IMG/VR virus record: IMGVR_UViG_3300031774_000017 | Coordinates: 1 to 56,867 of that record | From: a virus | Lineage: Duplodnaviria; Caudoviricetes | Reading direction: 5' to 3' (one strand) | DNA length: 56,867 bases | Shown: piece after piece, positions 37,639 through 48,187 of the stretch | Numbering within the stretch: the stretch's first letter is position 1 | Layout: each line of letters begins with the position of its first letter | Translations under genes and position numbers: made by a program | Notes under the pieces: model-generated | Databases searched by the model: none | What the model saw: the letters and a program-made list of their open reading frames with translations, nothing else | What the model was told of the DNA's origin: nothing

Positions 37639-38766
37639 ATGGGAGGAAAAAAGAAACGAAATAGATACGCTGGTAGACAAGCTTTAGCAAACCAAGAAGG
37701 TATATTAGCTGATCAAGCTGCAGCTCAAGAATTATATGATGCAGACCTTTCAGCATTAAGAGATGCTAGTCAGGTAACTGATTTTTATGAAAATTTAAAT
37801 TTTTCATCTATTGATCCTGACTCAATGCGAAAAGCGGAATTGGACGAGATGAAATTAGGTACTTTAGGTGCACAAAGAGTAGCTAATGTTGAAGGATACG
37901 ATGCTGCTCAAACAAATGTAGCTGGCCTTGCTAGAGGCGCTGATACTGGGTTAAGTAATGTATTTAATAATCTGCAAGTTTCAACAGCAGGTGCTGAACT
38001 TGAAGCTCAAGAAGCAGACCAAGCATTAGCTGCTTCTCAAGATATGATGATGCAAATGGGCGGAGGTGGTGGTGCTACAGCCTTAGCACAGCAGGCTGCA
38101 AGATCAAAAGCTGGTATTAGAGCTAGTATTGATCAGCAAGTAAAAGCTAATGAAATGATGAGAGCTCAAGGTGAGCAATCTTTACAAAGAGATTTACTTG
38201 CACAAGGAAATTTAGCTTCTCAATTTGATTTAGGCCAAGCACAATTTAATGTAGGACAAGACAATAGAGCAAGGCAATTTAGTGCACAAGCAAGAAATCA
38301 AGCTGAAATGTTTAATGCAGGACAAGCTAATCAAATGAATTTAACTAAGTTTGGTGCAGAAAATAGAATGAATCAATTCAATGCTGCAGCTGCTAATAAT
38401 GCTTTTGCAAATCAAGCTAATGCAATAAATCAATCTATTGCTAAAAATGCTGAAATGCAAAATCAATTTAATTTAGCTCAAGCAGGTGGAAGACTTACAA
38501 CACAATCAAGCCAATACGATGCTTTAATGGGTATACAAGAAATATCCCAAGCACAATTAAATGATGCAGATAGAAGAGCTGGCGAAAACCAAGCCACTAT
38601 AGATGTTGCTAGAATGTCTGGTATGAATAAAGATGGTAGTTATACTAAAAAATGGTATGAAAAATTAGGTAATACTGTTGGGAAAGCAGCACTTATTGGA
38701 ACTGGAGCCGCTTTTGGTGGAATTGGTGGTGCACTAATTGCTAATGAAGCATTAAAAAAAGGATAA
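37639..38766 (+). CDS. Internal virion/ejection protein (A/Q/N-rich)
   Basis: GGGGATALAQQA, QFN/QAN repeats, Gly-rich hydrophobic C-terminus. Confidence 0.65.
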   Translation: MGGKKKRNRYAGRQALANQEGILADQAAAQELYDADLSALRDASQVTDFYENLNFSSIDPDSMRKAELDEMKLGTLGAQRVANVEGYDAAQTNVAGLARGADTGLSNVFNNLQVSTAGAELEAQEADQALAASQDMMMQMGGGGGATALAQQAARSKAGIRASIDQQVKANEMMRAQGEQSLQRDLLAQGNLASQFDLGQAQFNVGQDNRARQFSAQARNQAEMFNAGQANQMNLTKFGAENRMNQFNAAAANNAFANQANAINQSIAKNAEMQNQFNLAQAGGRLTTQSSQYDALMGIQEISQAQLNDADRRAGENQATIDVARMSGMNKDGSYTKKWYEKLGNTVGKAALIGTGAAFGGIGGALIANEALKKG

Positions 38767-38775
38767 TTAAAAAGT

Positions 38776-39897
38776 ATGAAAAATTATAATCCTCAACAAA
38801 TTACTAAATTAAATCCTGAGCAACAAGCTATTAGGGATTTTAGAAATATGGAATACCAGCGTAAGTATGGTATTAAATCCGAAGATAGAGTTAATCAAAA
38901 TTCTCCAAGTCCACAGGGTGTGTTTAGAACACAACTACAAGGTATAGCTAGACAAATAGTAGAAAAAGCAAGTGATCTTACTAATAAAAAGAAAAAAGGA
39001 GAAATAGATAACTATAAATATGCAGCAGATATGGCTGTTATAGATAATACAGTTAATGAACTGGGTGCTTTCTCTGTGGGTGCTGAAAAAGCTATGGCTG
39101 ATTACAATGAAAACTTAAAAGCTGGATTGTTATCATATGGTATGGATCAATATGATGAAGGTGTATTGCAAGGGTTAAGCAAAGGTACTGTTGGTTTAAA
39201 TATGGATAAAAACAATAGAGTTCATTTAACAGGTAAAGCTATTAATCCTTTAAAGGGTGAATTTGATGTAAGTATATATGATGTAAATAATATACCAGCA
39301 CCTGTTCCTAAAATTAAACCTATTAATCTTTCATTAGATCCATTAGCTGCTGGTTTAGGTTTAGATGATAATGGTGAACCTAAGTTAAAGGTAGACCAAA
39401 ATGGAAATAAAATGTATGATACAGGTGATTATTCTGAACATGCAAAGGAAGTATTAGACTTTTCTATGAATGCTTTAGATACTTTAGGTACTAATGGTGT
39501 AAGATCTTATTTAGCAGATCATATGCAAATGCCTCAAAGTCAAGTTAAAATGTTAATGGAAGACAAAGCTTATACAGATCCAACTGGAATGGAATGGGAT
39601 AATAGAGGTACAGCTGAAGCTTTTGCTAGTATATCTGAATACATAGGTAATAAATATAATAGGGTACAAAGACCTCATCCTGATACAATTTCTAAATTAG
39701 CTAAAGAAAAAGCTAATAAGATTGCAAGTGAAAAAGGTATATCACCTGAAGAGGTTTCTTTTTCTGAAGCATTAGGTATACAAGAACAAATGCCTATGCA
39801 GCCTAGTCAACCTACTGAAGAGGTTGTTATGGCGGAAGAAGAGCAATCTCCTGAAGGAAAATTTACTGTTGATGCTTTAATTAAAAAATATTCTTAA
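38776..39897 (+). CDS. Putative internal virion protein (373 aa)
   Basis: Position between ejection protein and giant cargo gene. Confidence 0.65.
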   Translation: MKNYNPQQITKLNPEQQAIRDFRNMEYQRKYGIKSEDRVNQNSPSPQGVFRTQLQGIARQIVEKASDLTNKKKKGEIDNYKYAADMAVIDNTVNELGAFSVGAEKAMADYNENLKAGLLSYGMDQYDEGVLQGLSKGTVGLNMDKNNRVHLTGKAINPLKGEFDVSIYDVNNIPAPVPKIKPINLSLDPLAAGLGLDDNGEPKLKVDQNGNKMYDTGDYSEHAKEVLDFSMNALDTLGTNGVRSYLADHMQMPQSQVKMLMEDKAYTDPTGMEWDNRGTAEAFASISEYIGNKYNRVQRPHPDTISKLAKEKANKIASEKGISPEEVSFSEALGIQEQMPMQPSQPTEEVVMAEEEQSPEGKFTVDALIKKYS

Positions 39898-42800
39898 TGA
39901 ATAAAACTCCTTTAAAACAAATTGATGAAATAGAAGAGGTTTCTGTTTCTGAAAGCACTCCTCCTGAATGTGGGGAAGGTTTTGTATATGATGAGGCTGA
40001 GGGTAAATGTGTGCCTATTAAAAAAGAAGAAGAAAAAATTGAACCTGCTAAAATTGAAAAAGACACTAAGGAAAAAGAAAAAATTGCATCTACTTTTGTA
40101 ACTGATGAAGACGGTAAACCTAAAATAATACGTAAAACAATTACGCCTAAAAGTTTAAGAGTAGGTTCTAAAAGCCCAACTGTAAAAGAATATGATGAAT
40201 GGTTTGAAGAAAATCCTGATGTTACTCAAATTGAAATAGACCAAAAAAAAGAAGAATTAGGTTTACCTATTGATAATACTTTTGAAGCATTAGCAAGAAG
40301 AAGGAACGAAGCTAAAGAAATAAAACTAAATGAAGTTGTTGTAAGTGCCGGAGAAAAAAGAACTGATAAGGGGTTTTATCCTAATACTCCAGAAGGACGA
40401 GAATTACAAACCCAGCAACAACAAGAAAATGCAATTGATAATGCCTATGATGAAGCTGATAGAAATATTCTTAAAGGTTTCAATGATATGGCTGGTATTA
40501 ATGCTTTTAGAAACCAAGATTTTAATAATTTATCAATAGATGAGTATCAAGCAGGATATGATAATTTAGTAAATAACAAAATTCCAGAAACAAGGAATAA
40601 GTTATTACAACCTATACAAGATAAATTTGTAGAGGCTATTATTGCAAATAATAAACCAGATTTTGATAAATATGAATCTGATACTTTTGATAAGTATAAT
40701 CTCTCAGGAATGCAAAATAATATTGCTGAGGCTTTTTATAAAGAAAATAAAGGTTTAATAAATAATGTAGAATTACAATTATTAAAAGACTCAGGAATAC
40801 CATTAACTATAGGAGATGATGGAAAAACATATTTAGCTGTTGATCCTAATGGAGAAAATACTAAAGCTAGACTAGTTGAAGTAAACAATAAATTAAATAA
40901 AATTATTAATGAGCAACTCCAAAAAACTTATAACTTAAATCCTGAATATGCTGAGGCCTCTATAAAAGCTCAACAAGAAATTGATGATTATAAAAATAAA
41001 ATTATCAATGACCAATTAGAAAAAAATTATTACTTCAAAAGATCTCAAAAAAGAGTTGATGAGCATATAAAAAATCAATTAGAATTTATTGAAAATAAAA
41101 GAGAAGAAGAAGAGTATGGAAGTGGCTTTACAGGAGAAGTAAATAAATGGCGAAAGCTTACTATGCCTTCTATGGTTGAAGATACAAATACTGGATTTTT
41201 AAAAAATGAGCAAGAAAATTTAAAGAAAGAACAAAAAAGACTTCAAACTTTAGATCCAAACTCAACTGTATATAAAACAATAGATTCTCCAGCTGCTCCA
41301 GGAATGAAAACCTCTATACCTATAAAAGTTGAAGAAAGATTAGCTGAAATTAATAGAGAAATAGAAGCTAATGATAAAGAATTAGTTGATGGATTAATTA
41401 ACAGTGTTCAATATCAAAAAGAATTAGCATTGTTTGATAGGCCAGAATTATTTGATAAAGATGGTATTACCCTTAAAGATCTTAAAAGTGTCGTAGGTGA
41501 ACAAGCATTAAATGTATTTGGAAGTATATTTTCATTAGGTATGTATACCGCCTCAATGGAAGGTACTGCTGTTATGAGAAATACATTAGCTACACAGGCT
41601 GCTAAAGATATGGGTATTTCATTGGAAAAATTTAATAGATTACCAGCAAAAGATCAAGCAGAAGCTATGGCTAATGTTGAGGATGCTAAATTAGGTACTG
41701 CTCTTGCAGTAGGTTTAGGGGCAGGCTCATTGGATTTACTTAGTACATTAACTGGGGCTAAAGCTGTTGTGGCTGCAATGCCTCGTGGTTTAATCCGTGC
41801 TTTTATAAGAGATGGTGCTTTATCTCCTTCAACATTAAAAGTTGCTGGTAACACCGTAAGAGAAGGTGTTAAAACTGTAGGTACGGCAGTTGCTTGGGAA
41901 GTTCCAACTGAAGTTGGCCAAGATATAATATCTAACATAGGAACACGTTATGCTACAGGCGAAGGTAATATTATGCCTGATTCAAGAGATTTAGATGAAC
42001 TTATAGGTCAAACAGCCTTATCAACAATTTTATTAGTAGGTGGTGGTTTAAGCGTTAAAAACAATGCACAGCTATTATTTAATTTTAAAAAAGATAGAGA
42101 TGGTTATATTAAATCTATTGATAATTTAAATAAAGAATATACTTTTCAAAAGAATCAAATTAACAAAGGGTTAGATCCATTTAATAATAATAAAGAATTA
42201 AAAACAAATGGAGCTAAAAGTTTAGCATTAAAAAAATTAGAAAATAATTTTAATTTAGGACTTGAACAATTAGAAAATGCTAATACTTTTATTAATGATA
42301 GTAAATTAAAAGATTTAACAGGTAGAAGATCTGAAATAGTATATGAAAAATATATTGCAAATCAAAAATTAATTAAAGAAGGTATTAAAGCTCAAATAAA
42401 TCTTAACACAGTTAAAGAAGATAGCAGCTCTACTCAAGAAGATATAAATACCGCCCAAGCAGATTTAGATTTTGTAAATGAAAACATAGAAAAAAATGAA
42501 AGAAATATTTTAGCACAAAGAGCTATTGACGTAGCTAATAAAAAAAATAAAGATATTGAAAACAGTATAGTGCTTGATGAAGATAGTGACTATGACGGAG
42601 TTATCTTTACAGAAAAAGAAACTAATAAAGATCTTGAAGAATATTTGCTAGAAAATTATGGTAAAGATAGAGTAAAACAAAATGATATACAACAATTACT
42701 TAAAGGAGAGGTAACAGGTCTTAAATTAGTAAAAAAAGATGATAAGGGTAAAACATATTTAGAATCTGTAGGTAGTATAGAAAATATTACAAATAACATA

Positions 42801-45800
42801 GAAAAAACTGGGGATGTAGCAGCTGCAAATTATAAAAAGCATGAAGGCCTCCATATGATTACAGATGCTTTATCTTTTACCGAAGGTAATAAAATTCGTA
42901 ATGAAGTTATGAATGAGCTTAAAGATTCTACAGATCCTAAAATGAAGCAGGCTTATAACAACGTTAAAGAGAGAATGCAAGGCTATAAAGGATTTTATAA
43001 GGGTAAAGATAGAAATACAAAGCTAATGAATGAATTTTTTACAGCTTTAAATGATTCTTTATTTGATGCAGAAATTAGAGATTTAAGTTTAAATGATAAA
43101 ACTATTTTACAAAAAATTGGTGACATATTTACTTTTACTGCTTCAAATAAAACACCAATAGATTTTAATAGAATGACTCCTTCTAATGCTTTAGAATTTA
43201 TTAAAACATATGGAGATTCTCAAGGTACACAGTTTAAAGCTATAAAAGGTAAAAGTAAAGTAGAAACTTTAGCGAGTAAACCTGTTAAACAAAAATTATT
43301 TCAGGCTATACAAAGTCTTGTGCCTGAAGATATTAATACCAAGGAAGATTATCAAAAGTTTTTAAGTAATCCTAGGCAGTTTAATCCTCTCTATAATTCT
43401 ATAACGCAACAAGATGGAGCTATAAATAATTATATAAAAGGAATAGCTACTAGTCCTGAGGAATTTCAATTAATGGTTGAAAATGTTCAAGATAGAGTAT
43501 TAGCTTTTAATCCTGAAGCAGAAAGAAAAGATGGTGGCGTGGTTGGAATAGATGCTTTCGTAGAAAGAATTATGTCTGATACTAGATTTGGTAAATTAGA
43601 TGCTAGAAAAAAATTATTTGAAGAAGGTGAAAAAACAAAAGTTCAAGATAAAATTGATAAACCAGAAGCTAGACAAATAAAAGCTGAAGAAAAAATTGAA
43701 CCTCAAAGACAAGTAAATTTAGTATTACCAAAAGAAATTAAAGATGCTGCAGAGGTAAGCATTGAACCTGCTGTACTTGCTGGTGAAAAAGCTATTAAAG
43801 ATTTACCAGCTAATGCTACAATAAAACAAAGACAAAGAAAAGTAAATCAAGCTGTTAATAAAATTGTAAAAAATAGAATAGATACAGCAATTAAAAAAGG
43901 ATTATTAAATAAGAAAAACTTTCCTAACTTTATAGATAAAAACTGGGAAGCTATAGGCAATGCTTATCTTAATAACACAGATATAACACAATTAAAAAAG
44001 CCTAACCAACTAGAAACCAAAGAGATATTACAAGATTGGATTGATAATGGTTTTACAAAAGAAGATGTTACAGAGTTTTTTAATGACCCATCTCTTTCAC
44101 CTCAAGCTAGAAGTGATAGAAAAAATGTTGGTTTAGTTAGAGCACTTAACACTGAAATAGTTAATGAAGCGAAGGTTGAACTTGCAAAAAAAGATCCTAA
44201 AACAGCTGCTGACTTTAAAGCTAAAACAGGATTTGCTTTAGCTAGTAAGCCTTTAAATCGAAAAACTCGTACTTATTTAAGTAATAATCCGAATGCTCCC
44301 CAATTTTTAGGATATAATAATGTTAAAGAATTATTAAAAGCTAACGGGGAATCATTGCCTGTTTTAAATACTGTTGACGGTATTAAAAAGTTTTATACAG
44401 ATGTAGAGCCTTTAGTATTATTATTGCCTAAAAAAATAGCTTTAAAAAAGGGTTTATATAGAGGAAGTGCTAGAGGTGTATTTGGTAAAGCTATAACTGA
44501 TAAAAGAGAAGGTAAGCCGGGTGCAACAAAAGAAAGTATAAAAAAATATAAAGACTTAGTAAAAACTTGGGATACTGAACAAGCAAAATTATTTGAAAAA
44601 ATTAAAAATAATCCAAATCAGCCTGAGTTTTTTGGTGCGGCAGGTAATGGTGCATCTTCAGTATATATAGATACATGGGGAAGAACCGTTGATGAAATTA
44701 CTAAAAATAAAAAAAAGGGTCAAGCTGCTAATGTTAGAAATATGGCTATTCATAAACAAACATGGGCTCCTATTTATAATGCTGTAAAAAATGATCCTAA
44801 AAAATATTTATCAGTAGCTGCACAAATAGTTTCAGCTTCAGCAGATACTGCTGCAAATTGGCATAGATTAGGTGCAGAGATGGTAGCTTATTCTAAAGAT
44901 TTATCTTCAGGCGTTAGATATGAACATGCAATGCCTGCTAAAGCTGCATATTTAGCTTTATTAGATAGTGCAGCAAAAGGTGTACCTTTTGATATTGCTT
45001 ATCCTGCTGTTACAAAAAATTATAAAGTAATTGCTTTAGCTAAGGTTGATGATGACAAGCTAACCGGCCCTTATAAATCAGGGATGGGAAAAGATTGGAA
45101 TTTTTATGATAATAGTTGGCTTGAAAGATATTTTAATCCTACAGTAGCTGCTATTGATGGAGGTATTGATCCTACAAGTATAGTTTATTTTAACGGTCAA
45201 ACTGTTCAAGATATTTTTAAAGTAAATAACAATGGCCTACAAAATAAAGCATTAGCTAGTAAACCTGTGCAAAAACCAACACTTGATACAGACTTTAATA
45301 AAATGCTTGAAAGAACTAAAGGCATTAAAGCTGAAGCTGTATATTCTGAAGCTAGAGCAATTAAGTTAGGTGCTACAAAAGGTTGGCAAGCATTTGTTCC
45401 ATATTCTAATGAAGATTATATGGGCCTTGTATACCCAACCCTTGGTAAAGGTAAACAAGGTGATGCTGATTTAAAATGGTGGACAGATAATGTTATGAAT
45501 CCTTATAATCAAGGTATTCAAAATTATGAAACTGCTAAAGAGGCAGCAATGCAAGAATGGAAACAATTAAAGAAAAAATTAGTAGAAAATCTTCCTATTG
45601 TAGATAAAATTACGGGTATTTTAAAAAAGAAAGCTGTTAGAGGTTTTACAAATGAAGAAGCTGTAAGAGTTTATATTTGGGATAATCAAAATATGACTCC
45701 TGATAATTTAGCAAAAAAAGATATAAAAGAAATAAAAAAATATATTAATAAAAACCCTAAATTAAAAGCTTTTGCAAATCAATTACAAACTCTAATACCT

Positions 45801-47684
45801 GACGGTTACCCTCAACCAACTCCTGGTTGGTTAGTAGGGAATATATCTACTGATTTAATTAATGAAATAAATACAGTAACACGTAAAGAATATTTAAAGC
45901 CTTGGAGAGAAGCAATTGATTTAATATATACTAAAGATAATGTAAATAAATTAAGAGCAACTTTTGGTGATAAATATGTTGAAGCTTTAGATGATGTTAT
46001 TTATAGAATGGATACAGGAAGAAACAGACCAACAGGTGCAAATAGAGTTACTAACTTATGGCTTAATTGGCTTAATAACTCTGTAGGTACAACAATGTTC
46101 TTTAACCAGCGATCTGCTTTATTACAAACTATTTCTTCAATTAATTTTCTTAATTGGACAGATAATAATCCAATAATGGCTGCTAAAGCTTTTGGCAATC
46201 AAAAACAATATTGGAAAGATTTTGCAACTTTATTTAATTCAGATTTTTTAAAACAAAGAAGATCTGGCTTAAAAACAGATGTTAGTGCAGATGAAATTGC
46301 TGCAACAGCGGCAACATCTAATAATAAAGCTAGAGCTGCTTTAAATGAAATACTTAAAGCTGGATTTATAGGTACACAAATTGCAGATAGTTTTGCTATT
46401 GCTAGTGGTGGTGCTACTTTTTATAGAAATAGAATAGATAAATATAAAAAAGAAGGGTTTAGTCAAAAAGAAGCTGAAGAAAAAGCATTTTTTGATTTTA
46501 GAAATATTGCAATTGAGTCACAACAATCATCTGATCCGTCAAGAATTAGTATGCAACAATCTAGTCAATTAGGACGTATTATATTGTCTTATGCAAACAC
46601 ACCGGTACAATATGCAAGATTAATAAAAAAGGCTGCCAGTGATCTTAAGAATGGACGAGGAGATGCTAAAACAAACGTTTCTAAGATACTTTATTATGGT
46701 GCTCTTCAAAATGTTATATTTACCGCATTACAAAGTGCTTTATTTGGCATTATGTTTGATGATGAAGATGAAGAAGTTGGTGAAAAAGAAGCTCAATTTA
46801 AACAAGAAAGAAAAGAAGGTGCATCTTTAAGAATAGTTAATGGTATAGTTGATACAATGCTTAGGGGTAGTGGCGTTGGTGGTGCTTTTGTAGCAATGTT
46901 AAAAAATGTTCTTTTAGAAATTGATAGACAAAGAAATAAGACTAGACCAGATTTTACATATGCTGCGAATAAAGTATTTTCATTTTCACCTGTAATTGAT
47001 ACTAAATTTAGAAAAGCATTATCAGCTGCTAGAAAGTTTACATATAAACAAGAACTTCAAAAAATGTATGATCGAGGAGTTGCTATAGATAACCCTGCAT
47101 TATTAGCAGCAGGTGAAGTTGCTTCTTCTTTTGCTAATATTCCTGCAGATAGAGTTGTTAAAAAATTAAATAACTTAAAAACTGCAACAGAAGAAGAAAC
47201 TAAAGCATGGCAATCAGCGGCCTTAGTTTGGGGATATGGAGAATGGGAACTTGGTATACAAGCAAGAAAAACAGATGAAGCAAGAGCTAAAGCTAAAAAA
47301 GAAAAAGCTAAAACAAAAGAATTAAAAAAAGATATAAAAAAATTACAAAAAAAAGTTGATAAAGAAACAAAAAGCCCTGTTAAAGATAAAGCTGGGAGAA
47401 TATTAGGAAGAGCAAATAAAGACGGAAGTATTGAAGTTGCTCCTGGATTATCACCTGAAAAGAAAGCTGAAGTTATAAGACATGAAAAGTTGCATCAAAA
47501 AGAAATGCAAAACGGAAGTAATGCTTTTACAAGTGGTGGTAAGTTAGATTATAATAATGATTTTGTTTTTTATGGCAAAAAAAAATATCCCAGAAAAAAC
47601 GGCAAAATTAAAGATAATAATAAATGGAAACCTGAAGGTGATCATTCTTTACCTTGGGAAGTATTTGCACATAAACACGATTAA
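39897..47684 (+). CDS. Giant internal virion/cargo protein (2595 aa) with two HExxH zincin-like motifs
   Basis: HEGLH at 42840-42854, HEKLH at 47481-47495; three LASKP linkers; hydrophobic Gly/Ala helices. Confidence 0.8.
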   Translation: MNKTPLKQIDEIEEVSVSESTPPECGEGFVYDEAEGKCVPIKKEEEKIEPAKIEKDTKEKEKIASTFVTDEDGKPKIIRKTITPKSLRVGSKSPTVKEYDEWFEENPDVTQIEIDQKKEELGLPIDNTFEALARRRNEAKEIKLNEVVVSAGEKRTDKGFYPNTPEGRELQTQQQQENAIDNAYDEADRNILKGFNDMAGINAFRNQDFNNLSIDEYQAGYDNLVNNKIPETRNKLLQPIQDKFVEAIIANNKPDFDKYESDTFDKYNLSGMQNNIAEAFYKENKGLINNVELQLLKDSGIPLTIGDDGKTYLAVDPNGENTKARLVEVNNKLNKIINEQLQKTYNLNPEYAEASIKAQQEIDDYKNKIINDQLEKNYYFKRSQKRVDEHIKNQLEFIENKREEEEYGSGFTGEVNKWRKLTMPSMVEDTNTGFLKNEQENLKKEQKRLQTLDPNSTVYKTIDSPAAPGMKTSIPIKVEERLAEINREIEANDKELVDGLINSVQYQKELALFDRPELFDKDGITLKDLKSVVGEQALNVFGSIFSLGMYTASMEGTAVMRNTLATQAAKDMGISLEKFNRLPAKDQAEAMANVEDAKLGTALAVGLGAGSLDLLSTLTGAKAVVAAMPRGLIRAFIRDGALSPSTLKVAGNTVREGVKTVGTAVAWEVPTEVGQDIISNIGTRYATGEGNIMPDSRDLDELIGQTALSTILLVGGGLSVKNNAQLLFNFKKDRDGYIKSIDNLNKEYTFQKNQINKGLDPFNNNKELKTNGAKSLALKKLENNFNLGLEQLENANTFINDSKLKDLTGRRSEIVYEKYIANQKLIKEGIKAQINLNTVKEDSSSTQEDINTAQADLDFVNENIEKNERNILAQRAIDVANKKNKDIENSIVLDEDSDYDGVIFTEKETNKDLEEYLLENYGKDRVKQNDIQQLLKGEVTGLKLVKKDDKGKTYLESVGSIENITNNIEKTGDVAAANYKKHEGLHMITDALSFTEGNKIRNEVMNELKDSTDPKMKQAYNNVKERMQGYKGFYKGKDRNTKLMNEFFTALNDSLFDAEIRDLSLNDKTILQKIGDIFTFTASNKTPIDFNRMTPSNALEFIKTYGDSQGTQFKAIKGKSKVETLASKPVKQKLFQAIQSLVPEDINTKEDYQKFLSNPRQFNPLYNSITQQDGAINNYIKGIATSPEEFQLMVENVQDRVLAFNPEAERKDGGVVGIDAFVERIMSDTRFGKLDARKKLFEEGEKTKVQDKIDKPEARQIKAEEKIEPQRQVNLVLPKEIKDAAEVSIEPAVLAGEKAIKDLPANATIKQRQRKVNQAVNKIVKNRIDTAIKKGLLNKKNFPNFIDKNWEAIGNAYLNNTDITQLKKPNQLETKEILQDWIDNGFTKEDVTEFFNDPSLSPQARSDRKNVGLVRALNTEIVNEAKVELAKKDPKTAADFKAKTGFALASKPLNRKTRTYLSNNPNAPQFLGYNNVKELLKANGESLPVLNTVDGIKKFYTDVEPLVLLLPKKIALKKGLYRGSARGVFGKAITDKREGKPGATKESIKKYKDLVKTWDTEQAKLFEKIKNNPNQPEFFGAAGNGASSVYIDTWGRTVDEITKNKKKGQAANVRNMAIHKQTWAPIYNAVKNDPKKYLSVAAQIVSASADTAANWHRLGAEMVAYSKDLSSGVRYEHAMPAKAAYLALLDSAAKGVPFDIAYPAVTKNYKVIALAKVDDDKLTGPYKSGMGKDWNFYDNSWLERYFNPTVAAIDGGIDPTSIVYFNGQTVQDIFKVNNNGLQNKALASKPVQKPTLDTDFNKMLERTKGIKAEAVYSEARAIKLGATKGWQAFVPYSNEDYMGLVYPTLGKGKQGDADLKWWTDNVMNPYNQGIQNYETAKEAAMQEWKQLKKKLVENLPIVDKITGILKKKAVRGFTNEEAVRVYIWDNQNMTPDNLAKKDIKEIKKYINKNPKLKAFANQLQTLIPDGYPQPTPGWLVGNISTDLINEINTVTRKEYLKPWREAIDLIYTKDNVNKLRATFGDKYVEALDDVIYRMDTGRNRPTGANRVTNLWLNWLNNSVGTTMFFNQRSALLQTISSINFLNWTDNNPIMAAKAFGNQKQYWKDFATLFNSDFLKQRRSGLKTDVSADEIAATAATSNNKARAALNEILKAGFIGTQIADSFAIASGGATFYRNRIDKYKKEGFSQKEAEEKAFFDFRNIAIESQQSSDPSRISMQQSSQLGRIILSYANTPVQYARLIKKAASDLKNGRGDAKTNVSKILYYGALQNVIFTALQSALFGIMFDDEDEEVGEKEAQFKQERKEGASLRIVNGIVDTMLRGSGVGGAFVAMLKNVLLEIDRQRNKTRPDFTYAANKVFSFSPVIDTKFRKALSAARKFTYKQELQKMYDRGVAIDNPALLAAGEVASSFANIPADRVVKKLNNLKTATEEETKAWQSAALVWGYGEWELGIQARKTDEARAKAKKEKAKTKELKKDIKKLQKKVDKETKSPVKDKAGRILGRANKDGSIEVAPGLSPEKKAEVIRHEKLHQKEMQNGSNAFTSGGKLDYNNDFVFYGKKKYPRKNGKIKDNNKWKPEGDHSLPWEVFAHKHD

Positions 47685-47694
47685 AATAAATAAT

Positions 47695-47922
47695 ATGAGT
47701 AAAGAAAGTTATTTTAAAAATACAGAAAAAACATCAAGAAATAAACCGTTAAATTCTAGTGCTATTAATGATGCTATGGAGGTTATGAAACAATCTAAAG
47801 AAGATGCTTTGGTTGCTAATACTAAAAACATATATCAACAGGTATCACCTCAGAATGATAATAGTCAATTAAATAAATATTTATATCCGCCATATACAAC
47901 AGATAAAAAAGGTATGGCATAA
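47695..47922 (+). CDS. Small hypothetical protein (75 aa)
   Basis: ATG at 47695 within ORF 47557..47922; ends at terminator. Confidence 0.65.
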   Translation: MSKESYFKNTEKTSRNKPLNSSAINDAMEVMKQSKEDALVANTKNIYQQVSPQNDNSQLNKYLYPPYTTDKKGMA

Positions 47923-47962
47923 AAAAAAGGGATGTTACTTAGCTGTAGCATCCCTTTTATTA
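47921..47962. terminator. Bidirectional intrinsic terminator between convergent arms
   Basis: AAAAGGGATGTTAC-TTAGCT-GTAGCATCCCTTTT with A-run before and T-run after. Confidence 0.85.
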
Positions 47963-47963
47963 T

Positions 47964-48173
47964 TTAAAATATTAAACCAATTAGCAAACCAACTACTGGG
48001 CCTAATATAGACCATAGTTCTAAAAATCTAATTTTCTTAAGTTCTTTATTAGTAAAAACATTATCTTTAGTATCTAAAATAACGTCTCCGGCTTTTTGTT
48101 GAACTTTTGCTAATTCATCTTCTAAATCCAAAATTCTTTTTTTTGCATCCGCAAATGTAAATCTTTTTCCCAT
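47964..48173 (-). CDS. Small protein with C-terminal TM helix
   Basis: LWSILGPVVGLLIGLIF. Confidence 0.7.
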   Translation of the reverse strand: MGKRFTFADAKKRILDLEDELAKVQQKAGDVILDTKDNVFTNKELKKIRFLELWSILGPVVGLLIGLIF

Positions 48174-48187
48174 ATTATTAATTTATA

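Noticed and set aside
39897-47684. Virion RNA polymerase as in Crassvirales
   Set aside because: No convincing DFDID/DxDGD catalytic motif; DSDYDG lies in an acidic linker-like context
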